Below, in pieces: positions 9,971 to 18,768 of a stretch of DNA of 64,000 bases; positions within the stretch are counted from its first letter, which is position 1; every line of letters starts with the position of its first letter. The translations under genes and the position numbers were made by a program. The DNA is from Candidatus Latescibacterota bacterium (GTDB lineage: Bacteria; Latescibacterota; UBA2968). The notes beneath the pieces are model-generated. The model was not told the DNA's origin and ran no database searches. It saw only the letters and a list, made by a program, of their open reading frames with translations. The DNA lies in contig OZ242311.1 in the NCBI GenBank assembly GCA_965207885.1, positions 800,001 through 864,000 on the forward strand, read 5' to 3'.

Positions 9971-11634
9971 AATGATTTCCTTGAGGAGAGATCGGGGAGA
10001 TGGATGAAAAGGGTGGTGCCAGAGCCGCTGTGGCTCGTGAATGAGAGGGTTCCTCCGTGGCGTTCGACGATTTGTTTGCTGATGACCAATCCGAGACCTG
10101 TACCCTTGGTTTTGGTGGTGAAATAGGGCTTGAAAATTTCGTCCTGAATTTCGGTGGGAATCCCCGGTCCCGTATCTCGTATTTCTATTTCGATATGTGG
10201 CTGATCCTCTTTTTTTCGGATATGAACGTGCAATTTGCCGCCATTGGGCATTGCTTGAAATGCGTTTTTGAAGATGTTGATGAGTACCTGCTTAAATTGT
10301 GCGGGATCTAAGGGTATTTCGGGCAGGTCAGATGGTGCGTTTTGTCGATAGGTGATGCCCCGGTCCTCAAGGCCCTCGCTAACCTGATGATAAATGTCGG
10401 TGATAAGGTCCGGGAGATTGACGGGTTCGAGTTCGAGCTTGCGCGGTCGCGTGTAGTTGAGTATGTCGGTCAGTAGTTCTTCCAGGCGCGTGACTTCACG
10501 AGATATGATGTGCGATGCCGTGTCGATGCGATCGGGGGTTGGGGCGCGCTGAAGAGCGCGCGCAAAGCCGCCAATTGTCGCCAGTGGATTGCGAATCTCG
10601 TGTGCTATGCGCGCAGACATTTCGCCGATTACAGCCAGGCGTTCCGATTGTACGAGTTCGTCCTGGAGTTCTCGCGTTTCCTGAAAGAGATGTGCGTTGT
10701 GGATGACCCATGCCAGTTGATCGGTCAAGACCATTAGCGATTGTACATCGGTCCAATTAAAGCCATTTTTTTTGCGACTGAGCACATCGAGTGCGCCCAA
10801 TACGCGGTCTGCTGTTTTGATTGGCACACAGAGTTCTGAGCGCGTGTTTTTTTCCTGAGGAAAAGCAATGATGCGCCTGGGATCATTGGCCACGTCATTG
10901 GCCATGATGGGATTGCCAGATGCGACGACATGGCCTACGATGCCTTCGCCCACATTTTGGCGATATCCCTCGGGGAAGTGCTTTTCGTAAACACCGGCTC
11001 TGGCTTTCATGATCATCTGGTTGGCATGCGTTTCGAGAAAATAAAGTGAGACGTGCTGGTAATTGAAACTCTGTTGTACTTCGTGTACAATGCGTCTGAA
11101 AATTTCAGATGGGTCGAGGGTTGATAGGGCCATTTGTGCAATGCGATTGTTGGTGGTCAGGTGCGCGGCGCGCTGTTTTTCCACTGCGAGGAGGCGGGCG
11201 ATTTCGATGTTGCGCTGGCGCAGATTTTGAGATTGTCTTTGCGCCAGATTTCGATAACGCATTTCGTGGTAGTACGCCGATATGCGCAACAAGATTTCGT
11301 CAAATATGGCTTCGGCATTGTGCGTAAAATTTTTCAGGCGTTCTAAGATGGTTTTCTTCAAGGCAATGAGCAATCGACAAGCCGCATCAGGGGTAAAAGC
11401 ATTGATTTCGCCTGAAAAGATGCGCTGGCGGAGCAAGTGATAATCCTGTTTGGTGGTGATCTGTTTGACTATGAGATCAAAGAACTCTTCGAGCACATTG
11501 TCGGGCGTGTGACCGTCAAAATCTTCGCGCAGTTGCAAGACAGATGTGCGGCGAACGCGTTTTTGCCATTCAGATAGCAGGCTTGCGCGCTGGGTGGTGA
11601 GTATGTGATGCAGGTTTTGTTCTGTGTTTTTCAT
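9967..11634 (-). CDS. Soluble GAF sensor histidine kinase with helical (RsbRD_N-like) N-terminus
   Basis: GAF (GEGIVGHV, SELCVPI), H-box AHEIRNPL, DTGPGI, KGTGLGL; no TM segment visible. Confidence 0.9.
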   Translation of the reverse strand: MKNTEQNLHHILTTQRASLLSEWQKRVRRTSVLQLREDFDGHTPDNVLEEFFDLIVKQITTKQDYHLLRQRIFSGEINAFTPDAACRLLIALKKTILERLKNFTHNAEAIFDEILLRISAYYHEMRYRNLAQRQSQNLRQRNIEIARLLAVEKQRAAHLTTNNRIAQMALSTLDPSEIFRRIVHEVQQSFNYQHVSLYFLETHANQMIMKARAGVYEKHFPEGYRQNVGEGIVGHVVASGNPIMANDVANDPRRIIAFPQEKNTRSELCVPIKTADRVLGALDVLSRKKNGFNWTDVQSLMVLTDQLAWVIHNAHLFQETRELQDELVQSERLAVIGEMSARIAHEIRNPLATIGGFARALQRAPTPDRIDTASHIISREVTRLEELLTDILNYTRPRKLELEPVNLPDLITDIYHQVSEGLEDRGITYRQNAPSDLPEIPLDPAQFKQVLINIFKNAFQAMPNGGKLHVHIRKKEDQPHIEIEIRDTGPGIPTEIQDEIFKPYFTTKTKGTGLGLVISKQIVERHGGTLSFTSHSGSGTTLFIHLPDLSSRKSL

Positions 11635-11669
11635 GAGATAAAAGGAGGGTTGTTAACCTATAACCGTTA

Positions 11670-11699
11670 ATAATATCACGCCAAATGTATAAGTGTCAA
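11670..11699 (-). promoter_or_regulatory. Sigma70-type promoter for the HK-RR-glgC-glnD operon
   Basis: TTGACA-N18-TATTAT with extended TGn on the minus strand. Confidence 0.55.
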
Positions 11700-11877
11700 G
11701 ATATTTGGGCTTGCGCTTTGGATATAAATCCCCAAATTAAGGTTGATGTGCGAATCAACGAAGCAGGTAATGTATACATGAAAGCCGTCATTGCGGCATG
11801 GTTTTAGCCGCAATCCAGAGGTTTTGGGTGGTTGGGCGGGGTTCGTCTATTCGTCTATTCGTCTTTGGAGAATGCGC

Positions 11878-12927
11878 ATGGCTACGGATTATAGTGCTTC
11901 GATTCTGGAGGGTCTGGGGGAGGGCATCGTGGCTTTTGATAAAACACATCGGGCCGTGATGGCCAATGCACATTTGATTGCGTTGATGGGGTGGGACAAA
12001 CAGGCCGTTTGTGGCGCTTCGCCAGAGGAGCTATTTGCCCAACGCCCTGAGTTGTTGCGGATTTTGAACGAGGGTATGAAAAACAAGGTGCTGGTGTCAG
12101 ATACGGATCTGGTACACCACAATGCCGATGGTGGGTTGCAACATCTGCGCGTGAGTACTTCGTTTTTGAATACGCAGGGCGGTCTGGTGCTGGCAGTGCG
12201 CGATGTGTCTGAGATAAAGCGGATGGAGTGGGAGATTTTTCAGGTTGAAAAGATGACGGCGTTGGGGCGGTTGGCCGCTTCTGTTGCCCATGAAGTGCGC
12301 AATCCTCTGGGGGCGATTGATATTCAATTGCAATTGTTGGAGGAAGATCTCAGCGCGTTGTCAAGTGCGTTAAAAGAACGCCTTGTGGGGCGGCTCAATA
12401 TCGCGCAGACAGAGATGAAACGGCTCGACCGCCTTGTGTATAATTTTTTGCGTTTTTCGCGTACGCCCAAACTTCATTTGCGGCAGGTGTCTCTCAATGA
12501 TGTGGTTCGCCGCGTTTTTGAGCTGGTCTCGCCCGAAGCACGCGAGCGCGGCATTGTGTTGCGTCTGGAACTTTCCGAGGATCTGCCCGCGATTAATGGA
12601 GATGAAGACCAACTCGGCCAAGCTGTGCTCAATATTGTGGTGAATGCCTTTCAGTCTATGGTCGCCGGTGGGGATTTGGTTGCCCAAACACAAACCGAGT
12701 CGGGGCAGGTGTGTTTGATGCTTACAGATACGGGTTGCGGGATTCCAGAAGAAGAGGTGGATCGCATTTTCGAGTTTTATTATACGACAAAAGATGAGGG
12801 TACCGGGTTGGGGCTGTCTATTGCCCAGCGCATCATTTATCAGCACGGAGGGCATATTGATGTCGAGAGCTTTCCCGAACGGGGAACGACCTTCCGGGTG
12901 TATTTGCCCGAGCATGAGATACGATAG
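11878..12927 (+). CDS. PAS sensor histidine kinase (NtrB/AtoS-like)
   Basis: PAS-like N-terminus, AHEVRNPL, DTGCGI, GTGLGL; GGAG 7 nt before ATG 11878. Confidence 0.9.
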   Translation: MATDYSASILEGLGEGIVAFDKTHRAVMANAHLIALMGWDKQAVCGASPEELFAQRPELLRILNEGMKNKVLVSDTDLVHHNADGGLQHLRVSTSFLNTQGGLVLAVRDVSEIKRMEWEIFQVEKMTALGRLAASVAHEVRNPLGAIDIQLQLLEEDLSALSSALKERLVGRLNIAQTEMKRLDRLVYNFLRFSRTPKLHLRQVSLNDVVRRVFELVSPEARERGIVLRLELSEDLPAINGDEDQLGQAVLNIVVNAFQSMVAGGDLVAQTQTESGQVCLMLTDTGCGIPEEEVDRIFEFYYTTKDEGTGLGLSIAQRIIYQHGGHIDVESFPERGTTFRVYLPEHEIR

Positions 12928-12936
12928 AGGTAACTT

Positions 12937-14295
12937 ATGGACGCGAGTGAGATTCGGCTTTTGATTGCAGATGATGAGTACTATATCTGCGAGGGTCTGC
13001 GGGAGGCGATGGCCAAAGACGGTTATCGGGTTGATGTGGCTTATGATGGGAATCAGGCAAAGGCGCTTATGGAAGCCCATGAGTATGATGCCGCAATTTT
13101 TGATCTCAAGATGCCGGGGCAGGATGGTCTATCACTTTTGAAGTGGGTGCGCGGTGCAAATCGCGAGATTGGCGTTATTGTGATTACGGCTTATGGCGAG
13201 GTGGAGACGGCTGTTGAAGCCATGCGGCGAGGGGCTTATGATTATTTGACCAAGCCCGTAGATCTGAAGCGGTTGCGTCTGTCTTTGGAGCGTTTGCTGG
13301 ATCACCAGGCACTGGTCGCGGAGAATCGCGTATTGCGGGCGCGTCTGGATTCCAATGGCGAAAATGGAGAGATTGTGCATCGAAGTGCTGCCATGGAACA
13401 GGTCTGTGATACTGTAGCGCAGGCGGCAATGACCGATGTGCCGGTTTTGATTACCGGGGAAACGGGGACGGGGAAAGAACTCGTGGCGCGTGCGATTCAT
13501 CAGGCGAGTGCGCGGCGGAATGCGCCTCTGGTGGCGATGAATTGCGGGGCGTTTGCCGAGACGTTATTTGGCAGCGAGTTGTTCGGTTATGTAAAGGGCG
13601 CGTTTACGGGCGCAACAGCGGATAAGGCGGGGTTTTTTGCCGCGGCTGAAGGGGGGACGCTTTTTTTTGATGAGGTGGGTGAGATCCCATTGCCCAATCA
13701 AGTCGATTTGCTCCGGGTATTAGAAGAAAAAGCCTATCGCCCGGTGGGGAGTACCAGAGCGGTGTCCGCAGATGTGCGAACCATTTTTGTCACCAATCGC
13801 GATCTCGAGCGAGAAGTGGCAGAAGGACGGTTTAGAGAAGATTTGTATTACCGCATCAATGTGGTGCCCATTCGCCTGCCACCGCTTCGCGAGCGCGTCG
13901 AAGATATTCCGCTTTTGATCGATGTGTTTTTTGACAATCTGTGTGCGTTGTACCACAAAGCGCGCAAGGAATTGACTCCGGATGCAATGGACAGGGTTCT
14001 GGCTTATTTGTGGCCCGGCAATGTGCGCGAGTTAAAAAATGCCATTGAGCGCATTGTAGTGACCTGCGCAGATCAAAAGGTGGATGTCGATCATTTGCCT
14101 TCTCGGATACGCGATGCCCAGAATGAGACAGATACGATAACGGTTGAACTCGGTTCATCGCTTGCAGACGTGGAACGCGCGCTGATCGAAAAAACACTGG
14201 CACATGTGACGGCAAATCGGAAGGAGGCCGCGGCGCTATTGGGGATCAGTGTTCGCGCGTTGCAATACAAAATTAAGGCGTATAATCTGCGCTAA
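12937..14295 (+). CDS. Sigma54-dependent response regulator (NtrC/AtoC family)
   Basis: Receiver (DD, DLKMPG), Walker A GETGTGKE, GAFTGA, FFDE, DLYYRINV, Fis-type HTH. Confidence 0.95.
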   Translation: MDASEIRLLIADDEYYICEGLREAMAKDGYRVDVAYDGNQAKALMEAHEYDAAIFDLKMPGQDGLSLLKWVRGANREIGVIVITAYGEVETAVEAMRRGAYDYLTKPVDLKRLRLSLERLLDHQALVAENRVLRARLDSNGENGEIVHRSAAMEQVCDTVAQAAMTDVPVLITGETGTGKELVARAIHQASARRNAPLVAMNCGAFAETLFGSELFGYVKGAFTGATADKAGFFAAAEGGTLFFDEVGEIPLPNQVDLLRVLEEKAYRPVGSTRAVSADVRTIFVTNRDLEREVAEGRFREDLYYRINVVPIRLPPLRERVEDIPLLIDVFFDNLCALYHKARKELTPDAMDRVLAYLWPGNVRELKNAIERIVVTCADQKVDVDHLPSRIRDAQNETDTITVELGSSLADVERALIEKTLAHVTANRKEAAALLGISVRALQYKIKAYNLR

Positions 14296-14306
14296 TTTTC
14301 AGAAAC

Positions 14307-14351
14307 GCAATTTTTGCATTTTGGTTATAAAATAGGGTGCAATTTTTGCAT
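14307..14351 (+). promoter_or_regulatory. Tandem palindromic enhancer (UAS) sites GCAATTTTTGCAT, 32 bp apart
   Basis: Identical 13-mers at 14307 and 14339, about 90-130 bp upstream of a sigma54 promoter; related TGCAAATTCTGCA at 14566-14578. Confidence 0.65.
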
Positions 14352-14437
14352 GTTTTTTTTAAAAAAAAGAGTGTGTAGATACGACTTCACGATTTTTTTT
14401 TAATATAAACAATAGGTTATGACTATAGGCACATTTT

Positions 14438-14453
14438 TGGCACGGATATTGCT
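14438..14453 (+). promoter_or_regulatory. Sigma54 -24/-12 promoter
   Basis: TGGCACG-GATA-TTGCT matches the TGGCACG-N4-TTGCW consensus exactly. Confidence 0.85.
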
Positions 14454-14600
14454 GTTATATGGCGTGGATTTCTGATGTTGGTGGGGTGTTTGGAGATTAA
14501 CCTTTGTTTTTATTGATGTTAATGCGTTTTTCTCCATTTCTAATAAATGTCTTATAGTTTGAAGGTGCAAATTCTGCATTTTGTTGCGTGTGGGGGCCAG

Positions 14601-15113
14601 GTGACTCAAACGACAATTTTATCTGAAGACGATGTTTTTCATTTTGACGTTTCGCTTCTTGTACCCGAGTTGCAATCACAAGATCGCCTGGGGGCGATCA
14701 AAGAACTGGTCGATCGGCTCTATGGGCGCAGGAAGGTGGTCGATAGTCTGAAGTTTTTGCAAACTATTTTGGATCGAGAAGATCAGATGAGTACTGTTTT
14801 GGGCAGGGGTGTTGCACTGCCCCATGCGCGATGCCGCTCCGTTGCTCAGCCCGGTGTGGCGTTGGGCATTTCTCAGACGGGTATTGCTTTTCCCCCAGAT
14901 GCAGAACCCGTTCACGTGATATGCATGGTTGCGGTACCCGATGCGGCTCCTGTGCCTTATCTATCGGTTTTGAGCAATTTGGCTCTGTTGTTTAAAAATT
15001 CAGATGTGCGAGCGGGTTTGATGGCTTGCGACACATCGATGAGTATGTATCAATTTATGACGAAACATCTGGCGCAAATTCGCAAGATGTCGGCTCCCCA
15101 TTCTGTTTTATAG
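14601..15113 (+). CDS. PTS EIIA (fructose/mannitol/nitrogen-type) domain protein
   Basis: ILDRE, STVLGRGVALPHAR with the phospho-acceptor His; start uncertain (GTG 14601 preferred over 14547). Confidence 0.85.
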   Translation: MTQTTILSEDDVFHFDVSLLVPELQSQDRLGAIKELVDRLYGRRKVVDSLKFLQTILDREDQMSTVLGRGVALPHARCRSVAQPGVALGISQTGIAFPPDAEPVHVICMVAVPDAAPVPYLSVLSNLALLFKNSDVRAGLMACDTSMSMYQFMTKHLAQIRKMSAPHSVL

Positions 15114-15146
15114 TGGTTCTCCCCCATCTTTTACAGGAGGTTCCCC

Positions 15147-15998
15147 TTGCCTGGAATTATGATACAAGATAGTGAGTCTCTGGATTTGTATCTGCGAGAC
15201 ATTGCCTCGTCTGAACCCCTTTCGAGTGCAGAAGAAATTGAACTGGCAAAGAAGATCCACAAAGGTTGTCAGAGATCCAGAGATAAACTGGTTGCGGCCA
15301 ATCTCCGTTTTGTGGTGAGTGTGGCGCGCGAATATCAAAATCACGGGGTGCCTCTGGCCGATTTGATCAGCGCGGGCAATATGGGCCTGATGACGGCTGC
15401 CGAGCGCTTTGATGGCACGCGGGGCTTTAAGTTTATTTCTTATGCGGTATGGTGGATCCGCCAGGCGATTCACCAGAGTCTGGCACAGGATTCACGGGTT
15501 GTGCGTTTGCCTATTAACCGCATTGATTTGTTGCACAATATTTCAAAGGTGTCGCGCGAACTGAGGCAGTCAAGCGAGACCGAACCCGAACCCGAAACTG
15601 TGGCAAAAGAACTCGGTGTGTCGGTGGAGATGGTTCAGGATACGCTGATGCGCGCGCGCGATGTCTGGTCTCTGGATGCGTCTTTCCGCGAGGAGGATGA
15701 CCACAGTTTGCTGCATGTGTTGCCCGATAAGACGCAAAAGGCACCGGATGAGGAAGTTGTAGAGGATTCAGTGCGCGAACAGGTAAAAGATGTGCTCACG
15801 TCTCTGGATGATCGGGAGACCGAGGTTTTGCGCCTGTATTTTGGTCTGGGCGGTGAAGAGCCGCTTACGCTTGAAGAGATCGGCGTTCGGTTCAATTTGA
15901 CCCGAGAGCGCGTGCGGCAAATTAAGGAGAAAGCACTTCGCAGATTGCGCCATCCGCGTCGTCGCTCGCGGCTTGAGCCACTGCTGGAAGTGACCTGA
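15147..15998 (+). CDS. RNA polymerase sigma70 factor, RpoD/SigA-like, lacking region 1.1
   Basis: LDLYLRDI, ANLRFVVSVA, GFKFISYAVWWIRQAI, TLEEIG..LTRERVRQI; AGGAGG before TTG start. Confidence 0.93.
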   Translation: MPGIMIQDSESLDLYLRDIASSEPLSSAEEIELAKKIHKGCQRSRDKLVAANLRFVVSVAREYQNHGVPLADLISAGNMGLMTAAERFDGTRGFKFISYAVWWIRQAIHQSLAQDSRVVRLPINRIDLLHNISKVSRELRQSSETEPEPETVAKELGVSVEMVQDTLMRARDVWSLDASFREEDDHSLLHVLPDKTQKAPDEEVVEDSVREQVKDVLTSLDDRETEVLRLYFGLGGEEPLTLEEIGVRFNLTRERVRQIKEKALRRLRHPRRRSRLEPLLEVT

Positions 15999-16004
15999 TT
16001 TTTT

Positions 16005-16032
16005 AAGAGCACCTTTTGGTGCTCTTTTTTTT
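16005..16032 (+). terminator. Intrinsic terminator
   Basis: AAGAGCACC-tttt-GGTGCTCTT followed by a T run. Confidence 0.85.
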
Positions 16033-16045
16033 GCGTTTTTTTGGC

Positions 16046-16074
16046 TTGACAGCGCGCAAATCGAAAAATATACT
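16046..16074 (+). promoter_or_regulatory. Near-consensus sigma70 promoter
   Basis: TTGACA-N17-TATACT. Confidence 0.75.
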
Positions 16075-16117
16075 GTAGCTGTTCATTTTTCGGATGATAA
16101 CTTGCAGGGAGATTGAG

Positions 16118-16624
16118 ATGAAACGCCTGATGATATGTATTCTTTCCGCGTTCGCGCTGCAGGGCTGTAGTGATCGTTTGTCAGATATGCAAACACAACT
16201 GGCAGGTACCTGGGTTTTGCAAACGCGTCAATTGCAAGATGGTACTGTGTTGCGTGCCCCGCATATAAAAGGGTCGCTTTTTTGGGAGCCGATCAGTTCT
16301 CGAAAAGCACATATTACGCTCAATCTTCTGGAGGACACAAAAGACGGTACGCCCCGGCGATTTAATTATGCTGCCAGTACGTATGAAATTTCTACATCGG
16401 CGATTACGCGAGCCAGGCATGTGCTGGTTCGCCAGGGGTATCGCTCTTCTGCCGAAGCACCGATGTCGATCTATCCCAAAGGCAAGAGTGTGAAGGGGAA
16501 AATTACGGTTGAGGGCGATAAAATTGAGATTGCACACGATGAGCAGCAGTGGGTTTTTGAAGGCAATACGATGACGGCATCTTATGAGGGGGCATGGGTC
16601 GATACATGGGCGCGGGTTCAGTAG
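16118..16624 (+). CDS. Lipoprotein, lipocalin-like beta-barrel (hypothetical)
   Basis: Lipobox LQGC after a hydrophobic stretch; LAGTWVL motif; RBS GGGAGA. Confidence 0.7.
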   Translation: MKRLMICILSAFALQGCSDRLSDMQTQLAGTWVLQTRQLQDGTVLRAPHIKGSLFWEPISSRKAHITLNLLEDTKDGTPRRFNYAASTYEISTSAITRARHVLVRQGYRSSAEAPMSIYPKGKSVKGKITVEGDKIEIAHDEQQWVFEGNTMTASYEGAWVDTWARVQ

Positions 16625-16670
16625 GATGGGTTAACGCGAACGGCTCCGGTTTCCTGATAAGCAAAAAAGC

Positions 16671-16707
16671 AAAGCCCGTTGATCGGTATGATCAGCGGGC
16701 TTTTTTT
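16671..16707. terminator. Bidirectional terminator-like hairpin between convergent genes
   Basis: AAAGCCCGTTGATC-ggtat-GATCAGCGGGCTTT with T and A runs on either side. Confidence 0.75.
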
Positions 16708-16721
16708 GTGCGTTCGGCGCG

Positions 16722-18556
16722 CTACTTGAGGTAGAGGAGCCGTTGCGTCTGCATCCCACCGGGATAGCTCAGGCGTGCGATGTAGATCCCCGTCGATAGC
16801 GAGACGCCCCGCTGGTCGAGGACATCCCACCGTATCTGGTAGGAGCCAGCGGCCTGGGATTGATCCACCAGCGTGCGTACGGGCTGACCCAGCACATTGT
16901 AGATTACCAGTTGTACCGGACCGGGGCTGGACAGGTGGTAGGTAATCAGGGTGGCACTGTTGAATGGGTTGGGAAAGTTGGGCGCCAGACCACTAACTTC
17001 CGGTACTGTCTCGGATACTGCCAGTGGCTCGGATACGACCACGGGCTTGGACGCGGTTAGTGGTGCGACGCTTACGACCTTCATGCCGCCGCTTAGGGTC
17101 AGTTCCAGGACCTGGCGTTGGTTCTGGTTGAGAGGAATGCTGTGCCACTGGCCAACGGTTTCGCCATCTGCGTTGCGGGCGCGTGCCTGATAGTAACCAC
17201 TCACGCCATCTGCGCTGGAGATGGTCAGGGACAAAGAGCCATTGGCATCGGTGACGGCGTTATGGGTGTAGTCGGGCTGTTGGCCGGCGATGGATCGCGC
17301 AAATTCGATGGTCAAGCCCTCGATGGCGTCGCCTGAGACCGTGGCTTCCACTTTCGTATAGGGTTCAGTCGGGACAACGTCGGGTGCGCGCCCATAAAAG
17401 CCCGACCCAATGATGAAGTTGTACGGGATTACCCTTCCACCTATCTCGGTTTTAGTTTTGAACTCGCGTGCGTATCCCACCTTGGGGATATCGGCGCTGT
17501 CTGTGTCGTCATTGGGATCGTCAAAGTAATACTCCACGAAGCCGCCTTCCGGGTTACTTTTCGCCGCTTCGATGACCTGCGGTAATATGAGTTTTCCGGT
17601 GACCGCGTCTCGGACGGTCGCTATCAGAGGTCGAAGCTCGTATCTGTTCGGAAATGCAGCGTGTATTTGGATTACGTTGCTGGTAGTATCCAGTACATAG
17701 AGGTACACGGAACCGTGTCTCCAGGGCCCGTCCGGATCCCGAAGTGCGCTCCTGGCGATCCCACCGGGGAAATTGCCGGTTTTCCGAAGTTCGAGACAGT
17801 ACTCCCCTGCTTCCGTGACGAAGGTTTTCAGGGTTTCTCGATCTACCACGTCCCTGGCGGTAACGGTCGGGGTAATGTGATCGATCTCTTCTTCAACTAC
17901 GTGAGTTTCATTGAGCTCGAAACCGGCTATCATCACAAGCGGGCCTCTAAAAAAGTCCGACCAATATGCGGCGGCATAGCCGGAGGCATCCGGTATGCCT
18001 GGTCGCAGGCCTGGTATAGGGGTGGTCGCATCGAATGCGCCATCCGGTTCTTGCGACAATATATTAACCACTTCGGCATTAGCCTGGGCGGCAATTTCAG
18101 AATCGGGAGATGCCAGGTTGGCCAGAACGGTTGAGGGTACTCCCAGCGAAGAAAGGATCTCTGCATAAATAAGGGGGTTGAGTCGCCTGCTCGACAATGC
18201 CATGTTCTTCGCGTGAATCAAAATACTGCCATCGGCCTTCAGAACCACGAGGTAGGTGGAACCGGAATACCAATAGCTCCCCTCTTGCCGGAAGAGACAT
18301 CCTATACCACTTGTCCCAGATTCTCAGCCGTCTGGAGCTGCATAACAAATCGTTCTCTCGAGGCCAGCGCGAAGTCCTTCAGGGTAGCGCTGCCGTCTTC
18401 CACCTGTTGCGCCGTCACACTCGGTTCCTCGGGGAGTGTCACGCCGGGCGGGGGTGGACAATCTGCCAGGGCAGGAGGCGCATTGGAGAAGGCGCCGGCC
18501 AGCACGAGCAGTCCGACAATGGGAATCAGGTATGTGGGTAATGTTCGAAGGTTCAT
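16722..18556 (-). pseudogene. Secreted Cache-domain protein with C-terminal FlgD-Ig/T9SS sorting domain, split by a frameshift near 18305
   Basis: Signal peptide ORF 18556-18302 stops at TAG; the adjacent frame continues IGCLFRQEGSYWYSGSTYLVV into ORF 18248-16722, which has a single-Cache motif (WRHGSVYLYV, GGFVEYYF, IIGSGFY) and NFPNPFN...GIYIARL. Confidence 0.75.
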
Positions 18557-18768
18557 AACGATGGTCCTCCCTTTTGGGAATGGGTGGTAAGGAATAAGCG
18601 CAGGAAGAATAATATGAAGACGCCCTGGTAAGCAAATAGATTTTCTATGCATAGATCTCATTGCTTTTAATATTGGCGAAACACTTATGAAACCTGCTGG
18701 AAATATAATCAGCGTAAGTTTGACTATTATTTCGATGCTGTTTCACAGTTAAAATACAGGTCAGGACT

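Noticed and set aside
11843-11864. TCGTCTAT tandem octamer upstream of the PAS kinase
   Set aside because: Under three copies with no link to other features; could be chance
18302-18304. TAG readthrough (pyrrolysine-like) in the Cache protein
   Set aside because: The continuation lies in a different frame, so it is a frameshift and not stop readthrough
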